Positions 1-12,840 of a stretch of 64,000 bases of DNA are shown here, one piece after another. The stretch is from positions 36,704,001-36,768,000 of the forward strand of contig CM060732.1 in the NCBI GenBank assembly GCA_030704615.1, in the 5' to 3' direction. Under the pieces are notes generated by a model that was not told where the DNA came from, ran no database searches, and worked only from the letters and a program-made list of their open reading frames with translations. The position numbers were made by a program, and so were the translations under genes. Source of the stretch: Takakia lepidozioides (Eukaryota; Plantae; Bryophyta). The first letter of the stretch is position 1; every line of letters starts with the position of its first letter.

Positions 1-233
1 TACAAAGTTGAGACGGCAATGGGCTATGTGCCATGGACCTCATCGTCTTGTAATGAATGATTAGGGTTATATTGTGGAAAGCTGAATTATAAGTGGTCTT
101 CATACAAATGTTAGACTTAAAGAGGGCTGTTGGGATGAAGGACGGAGCTGGATGAGAGTTAATGCAATGGAGCCCCAATTTAAGCTTTTCTTGGTCTCTT
201 AAGAACTCATGAGGGATTTTGCAATGGTTGTAG

Positions 234-3200
234 GAGGATGCCGTGAAAATTTTGATGGGGCTTCGCAGCAAGTATGAGGAGCATCATAAGTGCCTCTTTA
301 CCACCAAGGCAGTGGAGTCTGCTGTATATCTATCGGCCCGTTACATTGCTGACCGCTTTTTGCCTGACAAGGCAATTGATCTGCTGGATGAGGCTGGAAG
401 TCGTGCACTCATTAATGCATATCGAAGCAGGAAGGAACGTCAAACTAGCATTCTGTCCAAGTCACCAAGTGAATACTGGCAGGAAATCCGTACTGTTCAA
501 GCTGCCCATGAAGCCACAAATGTAGACACCACTTTCCTTCCACTGTACTATGGATTTTGTCATTCGAAAGCATGATTGTGTTCTGTTTCACCATTGGAAT
601 TGTTGAGGAACTTCGGAACTTCGTTTCTTATGAAATGGTCTACAAAGTTTGAGTGATTGAGTTTATCAGAAGCTGTGTCTTGTGCATGATTCCATGGAAA
701 CTTTCATTCCTGTGGGGTTTCTTCGGCTAAATAACTGTTAAGTGGGACATGTAATTGCAGACATTGGTTCCTCAAACAACAACTGGAAGTACAGATTTTG
801 TCACAGAAGGCGCAGAGAGTGCTGGAACCACTTCCTTAGCAAGGGGCTTGGATGTGGATGCCGATATTCTTTCTTCTGCTGACAATGCCTTTTTGGATGC
901 CAGCATCCTGAGTGATGATGATTTTGACAGGTAAGTCCTCGTGTTCTGGTCATGCTAAAGTGGTTGCAACTCAATCAGATGAGGAACAGACATGAGCATT
1001 GAGAGCATGTATTTACTATGGTTTTAGGTAGAAAGACGGGTCTAAATCACAGGCTGAAGTAGAAGAAAGGGGCGCAGGTTAATTTTGTGGGCCTGTTTGT
1101 ATGGGGAATAGGCCAGTGGTTGTGGGACCCGCGGATATTGCAGCAGTGGCCTCCCTGTGGTCAGGCATCCCAGTGGAACAATTGACAGAAGATGAAGAGA
1201 AAAAACTAATAGACTTGGAGAAGGTGCTGCGGACACGCGTTGTAGGCCAAGATGATGCAGTCAATTCAATTTCTCGTGCAGTTCGAAGGGCACGTGTGGG
1301 TCTTAAGGACCCTGACCGCCCCATTGCTGCCATGCTCTTCTGTGGACCAACTGGGGTTGGCAAAACTGAGCTTACCAAGGCATTGGCACGGCACTATTTT
1401 GGTTCGGTGAGTGTTTCTGGAGTATTTAAAGCAAGGGTTGATATGATTGCTCATAAGGAATAGCATTGTAAGTAGCATCTCAGGATGCACTGCTAGTGTG
1501 TGAAGGTGGTTTCTCTGTCTTTGTGAGAAGATTGCTGCTAGAAGACTGGTTTATCTGCAGCAAGCTCTCTATAGCAAAGGAGGACTGTGGCTTTGCCTGT
1601 TAGATTCAAAAGTACTGCAAGACTAAAAGGCATCTTATGAATTTTTCGTCAAGTCATCCACTGTTAAGTGGTGCATCTATTCCCCCATTGAGTGGTAGGA
1701 TGAAGAGTGTGCAGCTTGTTTTCCTGGCTCTTCTTTTTTGGCCTGGGTTGGCCTTCCAAGGTTTGTGTAGTTATTTCCCATCTGCTGCTGGTGCCTTGGG
1801 GGCTTTTGTTTGCCTCCTTCCTTTTCTTGGGTTGCCTGTTCGTCGGAAGGTGCTTTATTTGACTGTTCTTCCCTGGTCTTCTACTCTTTTTCCTTCCTCC
1901 TATCCCTGGCTGGCTTTCATGGCTTGCCAAGGTTGTGTTCGAGGTCTTTGGTTTTTAGAGTTTGATCTGCTGGTGCCTCTGTCTCTCTGTCTCCTTATTT
2001 TGTACCAGGAACTGTGGGGAAGAGCCCCCAGATTTCTTCCTCCCATGGGCCTCCCGTGGACTAACAAGTTTCATTTTTTCACTATCTATCTCTGCATGAG
2101 GCACTCTTGTCACTTTGATAAAGTTGGGTTTGAATCTCTTAGTTTTCTTTTGTTTTACTCCGTCCAACTTGCCCTCTTGGTTTCCTCTGGACATCATGAA
2201 TGTCTCTCAGACACACTTGGGACGTTGAAAGCTGCAAATGTGATTGATGATGTTTCTAAGGTGGTATGAATATCTTTGCAGGAGGAGGCTATGATAAGAC
2301 TAGACATGAGTGAGTACATGGAGCGGCATACTGTGAGCAAGCTCATTGGGTCTCCTCCGGGCTACGTAGGTTATGGTGATGGTGGAGCTCTCACTGAGGC
2401 AGTTAGGAGGCGGCCTTTCACAGTGATACTTATGGATGAAATTGAGAAGGCTCATCCAGATGTATTCAACATTTTGCTGCAGGTTTTTGAAGATGGGCAT
2501 CTCACTGATTCACAGGTACTGCTGCAGGAAGTTGCAGTGAAGGATGTTTGGAATATTTAGCACTATCTGGGTCATGAACAGGTGTACAGTCTGGCATTAG
2601 ATGAAATAAGACTCTAAAGTTTGAGGACCAGTGGCTTTGGCGAGTCAGTCAGAGACAGATCTTTCAGAGCATTTGAACCAGGTTTCAGCGTTTGTGATTC
2701 TTACATGTGTTTTTTGCACGTGGATTCCTACAGGGCCGGAAGGTCTCATTCAAGAACTCTTTGATTGTGATGACATCCAATGTCGGGTCAACAGCTATAG
2801 CAAAGGGTGGAGGCAACCGTATTGGATTTACCTTTGCAGACGATGCAGATGAGGGTAGATATTCAGCTTTGAAAGCACTGGTGATGGAAGAACTGAAGGG
2901 CTACTTCCGGCCTGAGCTGTTGGGCAGACTGGATGAGGTGGTGGTTTTCAGGTCATTAGAAAGATCTCAGGTAAGCTCAAAATTCTCCTCGGGGCTTGAC
3001 AATTCTGAGAATTCAAGTTGTATAAGCTAGCTTCCTGGAAGGAAGATGGACTTGTTTGTTTCTGATGTTGGTTATTTGGCTGGTACTTTTGAATAGGTGC
3101 GTGCAATTGTGGATATGATGTTGGAGGAGACTAAGGAACGATTGACAGCTCGTGGCCTACATTTGGAAATCTCGGAGGCCATGGTGAAGCTCATCTGTGA

Positions 3201-3444
3201 TCAGGGATATGACCGTAGCTATGGTGCCAGACCATTGAGAAGAGCTGTGACGAGGTTAGTCGAGGACAATCTGAGCGAGGCTTTGTTGTGTACGGAATAC
3301 CAAAATGGAGACACTGCCTTGTTAGACATTGATGAAACTGGCAATCCGGCAGTGACGCGACATTCAAAGCCCAACCCTTGTGAGCATGGGTTATGCTTGC
3401 CGGTCTTGAAACCTGCCACGGTTTCTGTATCATTGGCAGACTGA
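234..3444 (+). CDS. CLPD: Chloroplast Hsp100 chaperone ClpD (ERD1-like), 3' part; exons about 234-521, 761-930, 1112-1406, 2282-2515, 2734-2970, 3097-3444
   Basis: [15 protein letters not shown], ClpD-type [18 protein letters not shown], Walker [34 protein letters not shown], Walker [11 protein letters not shown] and [12 protein letters not shown] introns join the exons in frame. The 5' part lies upstream of the window. Confidence 0.93.
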
Positions 3445-4167
3445 AGAAGCGGCTGCAACTGTAGGGTGGGATGATTCTTTTATGTGTGACGACTCGATGG
3501 TCATTTCCTAGCTAAGATCATTCCCACCAGTGTTGATTATGTTTGGTGGGCATGGTCTGGGAATGTCTAGGTGATTGATTGTCCTTGGGGTATTCGTAGC
3601 AAAATGTCGTGTACTCTGTGCTTGTAGTGTACATCTATACAGTTGGCTCCATTTAATGGTGCTGTTGGCAGATGATTACGCCCTAGTTCCAGACTTTTAA
3701 GTAGCAATGTGGTGGTTACATAATTCTTTTTACCCAGGGCTCTAGATTCATGCTACAGGGCTGGAATTGGAAGTGTATATAGAAACTGGAAGTGTATATA
3801 AAAGTGAACTATTGATCCTTTCTACAAATCTGAGATCGGAAGTGTAGATCGTTACTTTATTGTTTTGTGGGGCAAGTTTTGATGCCAATACAATTGTAGT
3901 CTCTTGCTAGTTGAGATTCCTCTGTCTACTTCACTCCCATCTCTGCATTTTACTGCATTTTGATCCATCAAACTTCAGCCCATATCGATTTTAAGTTCTC
4001 TCTGCAAGCGCTTTGCACTTGTGTGCCAAGTTCCTCCCAATTGTGTTTCTGGCAGGAAAGACTCAAAATGTGGATGAAATCTGAAAGAGAATGAGGGGAA
4101 TATGCCAAACAGCATTTCAACATTTATAAAACGCAAAGAGAAGCAATCACAACAATGCGCTCTTGAG

Positions 4168-7018
4168 ATGGCAGCGCGCTCCGCTGCCCTCCTGAGCGCT
4201 CAGGGAGAGGCCATACCCAAGGCCCTGTCTTCTTCTTGCAGTAATCGAGCGAGAAGCCTCACATCATGCAGGAAATTAACGGGCCAAGTTACGAAGCTGA
4301 AAGTCGTTTCCAGTTTTGCAAAGCCGGGCCCCATGCCCTTGCGAGGGATGGCTTTGACTGTGACGCCTCCCCAGTCTCCTGGGATACCGAAAAAAGGTAT
4401 GGATACGGAAAGATTTTTCTGAGAGGAAGAGAAAGAGAGTGCTAGCATTCGTCAGTAGGACTCACACAATTAGAGCTGCTCCAGATCCATGTGTGGGCGG
4501 TTGCATGCAGGCCCAACACTGAGTAGAGATCGGCTCTGGCGGGAGTTCTTCTCAGATCCTTCACAGTGGTGGGACAACAGGTTTGACAAGGTGATGATAC
4601 GATTTTTGTTGAAGAATTTGCAAGGAGGACTTGTTGCATAATGATGTTTCCTGCACAGGATTGTATATCGAGTAGCTTCTAGTAATTTCGCAGTATTTGA
4701 GGATGCTGGGAGCGTTGGCGGTAGTAGCATGGCCTATGTGAGGCTGCTGTTGAAGGTACCGCTGCTGAGCTGCCCATTGGTGTTTTCCACAGAAAAGCTC
4801 AAGATCGCCGGACTTCAGACATAAGATTACAAAGGAGGCCCTTTGGGTTGAGGGTTGGTCGAACCCTCCTTGGGTGGAAGCAGAGCTAGCTGCTATGATG
4901 CCAGAGCAAGCAGAATGTGGTGAAGTGAGGAAACTATGTAAGGCAGGACGACTGCAAGAGGCCCTGGGAGTTTTGAAACAACCAGGAATTTCGGCATGCT
5001 CCGAAACTTACGTTTGTCTCCTGCAGGAGTGCATCAAGATAGAGAACCTTGAAATGGGACAGCAGGTGCATGCTCACATCATCCAGAGTGGTTTCAAGCC
5101 AAATACGTTTCTGTTCAACACGCTTCTCAACATGTATGTCAAGTGCGGAAGCTTGGGAGATGCCAGGCTAGTGTTCGACGAAATGCCTGAACGAAATGTG
5201 TTTACGGGGACTATACTGATGGCAGGATATGCTCGCTATGGGTGTGGTAGGGAGGCTATCAATATCTATGACCGAATGATTCGGGAAGGGTTGATGCCTG
5301 ACACAGTGACGTTCATTGCTGTTCTCAATGCTTGTGCTAGCCTGGGAGCCCTGGAAAAGGGCAAAGAGGTCCATGCTGATATTGTCAAAGCTGGAATTCT
5401 ACCAGTTATGAGTGTGGAGACTGCTCTCGTCAACATGTATGCAAAATGTGGGAGCTTAAGGGATGCACGGCAAGTGTTTGACAACATGGCTTACCGAAAT
5501 GTGGTTTCATGGAATGCAATGATCGCAGGCTATGCTCAGCACGATTGTGGTAAGGAGGCTTTGGAGATGTATGAGGAAATCATACAGTCAGAGGTGAAGC
5601 CGGACACTGTCACCTTAGTTTGCGTTATTAATGCATGTGCCAAGCTGGCAGCCTTGGAAAAAGGCAAAGAGGTCCATGCTGGTATCATGAAAGCCGGGAT
5701 TGCATTGGACATCATTCTGGAGACCACCCTTGTCAACATGTATGCCAAGTGTGACAGCATGGAGGATGCTCAGCAGGTGTTTGACAATATGGCAGAACGA
5801 GACGTGGTGTCATGGAATGCAATGATCGCAGGATATGCTCAGAATGGGTGTGGAAGGGAGGCTTTGGAGATCTATGAACAAATGATAGTGAAAGGAGTGA
5901 AGCCCAACGGGGTGACATTCATTTGCACTCTCAATGCGTGTGCAAGCCTGGCAGCCCTGCAAAAGGGTAAAGAGATCCATGCTGGCATCATGAAAGCAGG
6001 AATTCAGCTAGATATCGTGCTAGAGACTACCCTTCTTGACATGTATGCCAAATGCGTGAGCATGAACGACGCACGTCAAGTGTTTGACAAAATGGGTAAA
6101 CGAGATGAGGTGTCATGGAATGCGATGATTGCAGGATATGCTCAGAATGGGTGTGCTTGGGATGCGTTGGAGATCTACGAGCAAATGATGAAGGAAGGGG
6201 TGATGCCCAACAGGGTCACCTTCATTTCTGTTCTCAATGCGTGTGCCAGGCTAGCAGCCCTGAAAAAGGGTCAGGAGGTGCATTCTGACATTGTGAAAGC
6301 TGGAATTCTGCTCGATGTGATTCTAGGGACTGCCCTTGTCAACATGTATGCAAAATGTGGGAGCGTAGACGAAGCACGTCACGTGTTTGATAATATGGCT
6401 CAACGAAATGTGGTCTCGTGGACTGCGATGGTTGCAGGATATGCTCAGCATGGGTGTGCTAGGGAGGCCCTTCAACTGTTTGAACAACTGCAACAGGAAG
6501 ATTTGCCAAACACCATCACTTTTACAGGCGTTCTCTCTGCATGTAGCCATGTAGGCCTAGTGGAGGAAGGCCAACACTACTTTGGTTCCATGACTCGAGA
6601 TCATGGTCTCACTCCTACAGTGGAACATTTTGGCTGCATGGTAGACCTTCTTGGCTGGGCAGGCCAATTGGATGAGGCAGAGGAGTTGATTAGCAAAATG
6701 CCAATTAAACCAGATGCTGGGGTGTGGGGGGCCTTGCTTGGGGCCTGTAGAATTCATGGCAATGTGGAGGTAGCAGAGCGTGCAGCAAAATGGCTTCTCA
6801 AGTGGGATCCACAGGATGCTGCAACTTATGTCCTTCTATCAAATATCTACGCTGCTGCTGGCAGGTGGGATGATATAGCAAAGGTCAGAAAAATGATGGA
6901 GGACAGAGGAGTCAGAAAGGAGCCTGGGTGCTGCAGCATTGAGGTGGAAAACCAGGTCCATACGTTTGAGATGGAAGAAAATTCCATCCACAAATTGAGG
7001 AAATCCATGCTGAGCTGA
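4168..7018 (+). CDS. Organelle-targeted PLS-class PPR RNA-editing factor with an N-terminal OSB-type PDF motif; exons 4168-4396, 4511-4590, 4793-7018; reading frame ends just after the PG box
   Basis: Ser/Ala/Arg-rich transit-peptide-like exon 1. The spliced PDF motif reads [20 protein letters not shown]|[28 protein letters not shown]. Then P-L-S triplets of about 101 aa, P2-L2-S2, E1/E2 ([22 protein letters not shown]) and PGCCSIEV. Confidence 0.9.
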
Positions 7019-7316
7019 GGAGGTTGTGCAGGCTGGGTATGTGCCTGACACGCGCTTTGTATTGCATGATATGGACAATGAGGACAAGGAGTCTTTTCTT
7101 TGCCACCACATTGAGAAGCTGGCCATCGCTTTTGGGTTAATCAGCACACCCCCTGGGATGCCAATCTGCATCATCAAGAACCTGCGGGTGTGTGGTGACT
7201 GCCACACGGCCACCAAATTCATCTCAAAAACTGTTGAGTGAGCAATAGTTATGCGGGATGCCAACCAGTTTCACCATTTCCAAGGCGGCATTTGTTCTTG
7301 TGGGGATTACTGGTGA
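6985..7316 (+). pseudogene. Disabled DYW cytidine deaminase domain of the PPR gene
   Basis: [14 protein letters not shown] and QAGYVPDT...[12 protein letters not shown]...[10 protein letters not shown]...RDANQFHHFQGGICSCGDYW lie in two other frames (frameshifts near 6984 and 7027). There is an in-frame TGA at 7239-7241 where Arg is normal. Confidence 0.9.
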
Positions 7317-9165
7317 CACCAGGAACATGCATGAGATAGAAATGCGTTCCTTCAGTTATGAAGGTGTACAGGTGCCATTCTTGGGGGGAAGCAGGTGCAC
7401 CAGTTAGATCCTGGTTGGCTCCCTCACTAATATTGGAGGAAACGATGCCTGTCACTTTGAGAGTAATTGCTGCACTCAATATGGCATGGCAACATTTTCC
7501 ATTCACAAATGCCCTTCAAGCAGCAGCTGTGAAGTTACAGAAAGCCTTATTGCAGAGGACCTGTCAACAGTGGTCAAGAGATTGTCGGGGGAACAGCAGG
7601 CATGAAGACTGCGTCATGGAGGTTGAAAGTTGTGACCAAAACGGTCGATGACAATGAAAGGCAACCCATTGTCGTCCAAATCAATGCAGCATTTGCCATA
7701 TTTTCTGTGGATCCTCCCAAATGAGGTAAACAACTCCCATTACACAATTGGTAGTTTTGCACAAACAACTGCAAAGAGCTAGTACTCCTCACAAGAGTGC
7801 AAAATCCACAGGCCACAGGAAAAATATTTCCTTCCAATTCTGCGCCGTACATGATGAGAGGCTGTGCAGTTATCTGCAAATCTATTAATAACCAATGGAT
7901 TGCGACGACAGTAATAGAAGAGAAGGTTCAAGGTGTGAAATCAGTACCAACATGGAGCTCTCTTTCTTTTCTCTGATGCAAAGATGTTTGTTTTTTCAGT
8001 GTTGGGCTTACTCACCCAGCGTCTTGAACAAGCACGTCAAAGAGAGCCAGACAACACCACACACATACTACACTTGATGATCTTGTTCTTGAATATTTCA
8101 TATCTAGGTGTCTTCCTGTCCCTGCAGCCAATTATATCATTGTACACATGAAATTAACTGCTTTCGGATATCCAGGGCATGTTGCAACAGAATTCTACCA
8201 GCCTCATGCAAAGGCTTGAAAGGCAGATGCTTGTTAACAACCGTATGTGAACCCTTCTTGGAGTTGAAGGATCTCAGATGACAAGAGACTAGTTCCTCAT
8301 ATCTCCCTTGCAGCTTGGAAATATGCTAGGTCTGCAGTTCTCACTGAGGATCAGAGCAAGCTGGTAGGCGTGCATGACAGTTATTGGTTTATATCCATGA
8401 TCCAATAGCAGTGTGCTGTCTTTGTGGGGGCGGGGGAATTGGAATCCGGGAGCGTCTGCAAGACCCTGCGAAGTAAGAAAAATTGTGAAAGACTTTTAAG
8501 ATGCAATCAACAGACTCCACAATCCACCCCCTCATTCCTGATTTGCTTCATGCAGAATGATTAACTGGCAGCTTTGGAAGCCAAGATTTCAACAAGCCAA
8601 CAACGGCACATACAAATCAGAAGCTCTAATAAGCAAAGCTTCGCATCTTTAGCGGAAGTTTTCCATCTTTCACCAGGGACGGGTGGGATACATTATAGCA
8701 GGAGATCCAACGATGCTTTTTACTACACGTGGATGCTGAAAGGTGCATGGAGCTCCCTAGCTCTGTTTCTAGTTGAGACATGTGGCCACGACGTGGTGCA
8801 ATGTCACAGAGACAAATTCGTGTGTTCATGCGCTCAAATGCATCGATTTGCTGCTCAGACTTATGTGTGTCTTGGATCGTCGTCGCCGTTTCATAATCTC
8901 GCTGCGACTTTGTGCTTGTCACTGCTTTGCATCAAGAAAGGAGAGTCTGTACTCGCAGTATAAGTTGCTTTGTGTTTCAGTAGAATTTGGCTCCTTCATC
9001 ATCTCAAAGGAGATCACAAGGCTTTTGCAGCAGTTTGTAAACTCCTAATTCGTAAACTAATCCAGTCAGATCATAGTCCTTCTCTCTGCGGTTAGAAAAA
9101 TTAGTGCGTTTATGTGCAAGGAAGCTGACGCAGAGTAGACAAGGCGGTTCAAAGGACTTGCAGGG

Positions 9166-9438
9166 ATGGACAAGGTGGGACCGAACGCGGCTGAAACGGG
9201 AAACACGGGAGGCGCTACTCTGGAAAGAACACCAGAATTTAGAGAGAGACCCAGTGTGGAGGCATCTCAGGATCGCCATGATAATGAAGGCCCGACACTT
9301 GAAAGGCAACCTGAAATCAGAGAAAAGAGTGGTGTGGTTGAAGTACTGGAGGATCCCAACACGGTCAAAGCTGAAGATCCAGCAGATATTCTGGCTTTTA
9401 GACGCACTGTTTTTGATAAGGACTGTTCCCTGGAGTAG
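9166..9438 (+). CDS. Small acidic protein of unknown function, 90 aa
   Basis: Clean ATG-to-stop ORF with an internal repeat (GATLERTPEFRER / GPTLERQPEIREK). The C-terminus DILAFRRTVFDKDCSLE resembles a small plant protein family as I recall it; not verified. Confidence 0.45.
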   Translation: MDKVGPNAAETGNTGGATLERTPEFRERPSVEASQDRHDNEGPTLERQPEIREKSGVVEVLEDPNTVKAEDPADILAFRRTVFDKDCSLE

Positions 9439-10511
9439 TCATCCTCTAAAACTGATGTGTACAATCTTACACGCCAAAGGGATTAAGCCAAAGTTCTAGA
9501 AGACAGTTATTTGAGGAAAGATGGAACGCTGTCTTGGTTCATTTTTTATAAGAGTTAGGCACTCAGCTTCCGATCTGCTCCATGTGCAGCAATGGGATCA
9601 GGAGGCTTTCGTAGTGGTCACTATGAAAAGCTGCCGTTTGGGCAGCTCTCTGCTATGATCCATGTTATTCTTACGCCACAGCTTCCGTACATCTCGCAGA
9701 GCTACATTGCATGTTCACTTTTACTGTCGTTCTGTTGCTATTTTGTATGGGTTTTGTTCGTGTGGCACCGCACATCTTCTCTGCTTTAATGGGTACCGAA
9801 ATTTCTTTGTAACTACTCCCTCTTCCTCTTCCTTTCTTGAGCAGCTGTTGTACACTGGTCGTCGTGAATGCAGTCCAAGGAACCCCCGTCTCGCATAACC
9901 CAGGGAATCGAGAACGCTTGCAGTGTCATAACTCTGCGGTAGTCATTGTACCTCCTGGTACTGTAAGTCAGCAAAAACTGATAATTTCTGCGAGAATAGA
10001 TCTGGCAAAGTTCTCACTTTCACTCTCAACTCCGGGGTTCTGGCCATTCTGCAGGTCCCATAATGAGAATCACATGCACACCATCACATCCCCATTTCCC
10101 AGCACTGCTACCGAGATTCTGGCTAGAGCTCCATCTTCTTTTTGCAATAGGAATTTTCATTTCTGTCTGTCAATGTAAAGTTGCGCAAAACAACAAGAGA
10201 ACACACATGTGGGTCGGGTATTTGTGCAACTCAGTGCGCACTCTGGGCGTATGAATGACATTTCTTTGGTTTCCCAATTTCTAGGAGTACACTCACCCGG
10301 GGGTGAATGAGCAGGATTTGCTTCTTTCGTATAGCACTCCGGACATCACTCTCTACTTCCTTTTTGTTGATGTGGGTGTTAGAAGTTTTTGCAAGCATTG
10401 AAGCTCCGTAAGAGTGCAGAACGGATCGAGTACATTCTGCACCCACAGCCTCTGTATCCACATAAAATTTCATAGCTTTTCACAGTCGGGATTGCAGGAT
10501 TGTATCGTTTT

Positions 10512-10529
10512 TTCTGGAATCCTCCAGAA
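10512..10529. promoter_or_regulatory. Possible heat-shock element upstream of DnaJ
   Basis: TTCtgGAAtcCTCcaGAA: four alternating nGAAn units with one mismatch, about 2.3 kb before the DnaJ ATG. Confidence 0.3.
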
Positions 10530-12840
10530 TCTACTTGAATTAGCGGAAGAAATGAGAAAAGGAAACGGTAAAGCAGCGGGACTGTGGTGGGGAGACACAT
10601 GTGCGGTCGAAATTATGTGTATGAATGACGCAGACGAGAAAGCAGGGATGAATGGGAAAAGCGGAGCGATCGACGGCAGAGAGGCTGCCCAGCGTTTGTT
10701 TCTTTGTTGGTGTCTTCGGTTTGATTGCTGTGAAGTGTGGGAGAGTTTACGGTTTGCTGCGTAGATGAATGGAGGTTGGGAACGGTCATAGGAGAGCAGA
10801 TTGTGAGCAGGGAGATAGGAAGGAGGAATGTGGTACGAATGTCCAGAAACCACCGCTCTCGTGTGCCTTTTCCGCCATCTTAGCGCTCGTTTTGTGCTGC
10901 TGCGCACTCTGCTTACCTGTGCAAGGTGTCCCTCTTCTTTCGCTCCTCTCTTGCCTCTTCGTACATTCGTTGAATCAACGGTCGTGTTGCGTTTTTGTTT
11001 GTGGGAGAATGTCATAATGCTGAGCACTTGGGAACTGCTGTGTCTTCATCATCATCTCATGCTGTCGGTGGGTTTGTCTGGAATTGGTAACATCATTTGC
11101 TTATCGTCTTCGTCCGTGCAATTGGAAGAACCGGTGTATAGGGACATGTCAGAATTGGGTTCCATTTTGGGTTTTATTCCACCGACTGTTCTTCATTGAT
11201 TTGTTTTGGTTTTCATTCTCGGACATGAGATCGTGCAGGGATCTTGGAGTAGGTATTCTTGTTGGGCGAATTCCTGATGGAACAGACCTTTGTTTGTTGA
11301 ATTACGTACAATTGTCGTTGAATTCTCCTTCGATGCTGCAGTTTCTAATGGGCCAATTGCTGAAAGCGCTTTGCTTTCAAATCTAATTAGGGTTCTGTTA
11401 CTTATATAGAGCAGTGGCTTCACTCAAAAGTTTGAGTGGGATCTACATTAGTAGAATTCAACAGATTGCTACAAAAGCTTGTGTCCGGCATATTACCAGT
11501 CCCTCTGATGGAGGCCTTTTCATCAATTGGATAATTCGAAGTTCATTGGTCCTAGCCACGGTCTATGATCCTGCATTGTTGCTGCTGCAAACGTTGCAAT
11601 GAGAGCATTTCGAAGCTACAGCACATACAATTGTCAGTGTTCATGTCTGTTGTCCCTCTTGTACTTCAGAAGTAAGGAAATGATCAGAAACGACCAGAGT
11701 CGTGGGGGCCAGTTGACGGGCGCAGAAAGGGAGGGAAGGGAGGGTATGATTTTACTGTTCTTTTCTTTCTGAGGGATTGTCTAAGACTGGCAATCTGTGA
11801 CGATCAGTGACTTGCAAGGGCATTGCATGAGAATAGCTGTTTAGGATAAGGATCCATGATTGAATTGCCTTCATGATGTCATCACTTTCTCTTCGGACAA
11901 TAGCACCAAAGCACCTTATTGCACTTCAACATTGGCATTAAATTGCACAAGGTAGATGATATACTGTGAAAGCGTGCTTTGTAATGGTACATCCAGTGTT
12001 AGGCTCCATAAACATGTCGGATTTGGAGTCTCACTTGTGATTTCCACTACACAGAGTCTCCACTTTTTGGCTCAGGTTTTTTTTTCCAGAATGGCCATGG
12101 TGCTACCCTCAGTTCAGAGGTGTTTGTCTCCGGAGGCAGTGCGCACTACTTTGGGCAGCGGCCATTTTTCACCAGTACTGTGTTACTTTCTTCAGTGAGG
12201 TTTGATCAGTCATGTGGAGCCCGGGTTGAGAGATGGCACAGAAATCCTTTTATGTGCAGGGAGTGCATTTTTGTTCTCCAATTAGCAGAATGCAACTAGG
12301 CGAGTAGGTGATATAGGAGGAGGCCAAAAGATTTACGTGACTCTGGCACCTGTGCATTGAGAGTGGATGTAATGGTTTCCCTGCTTTTGCCTTCCACTAT
12401 TTCCAGGGTCCTGACTTACGTCTGTCTTGATGCCTGGATATGGTGGGGTTATCCAGGTTGCAGTAATACTGCCAGTTCATCAGACAACCAGCGGATGGGA
12501 GTGATATTTACAACCAAGGTGGCAAGCAAACTTTAAATGTCGTCCATGCGCAGAGGCGGTGAAGTTTAGTGTATGGTCCATCAAGACTTCTGCCAAAAGT
12601 AACGGGGTCACCTGAAAAGAAACATGTGCAAGATCCTGCAGGCTTGAAATATAGTACACAGTGCAGAGAGAAGCGGTATAGAACAGAGGAGAAGGGAGGC
12701 AGTTTCAGGAATTCTCCTCGCTTTGATAGTTTTGGTGTAGTCTTTTGTCGCTGGCATCATGCATCACAAAGAGAGGGCAGATACAGCCTCCTTATTTCAT
12801 ACGTAAAGCAAGGGTTGATTGACCGCACTTGTCAAGGGGA

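Noticed and set aside
1637-2269. 210-aa hydrophobic ORF
   Set aside because: It lies inside a ClpD intron; T-rich composition explains the Leu/Phe content; no domain.
7239-7241. Stop codon repaired by U-to-C editing
   Set aside because: This is a nuclear gene and such editing is organellar; the frameshifts would remain. CpG deamination is simpler.
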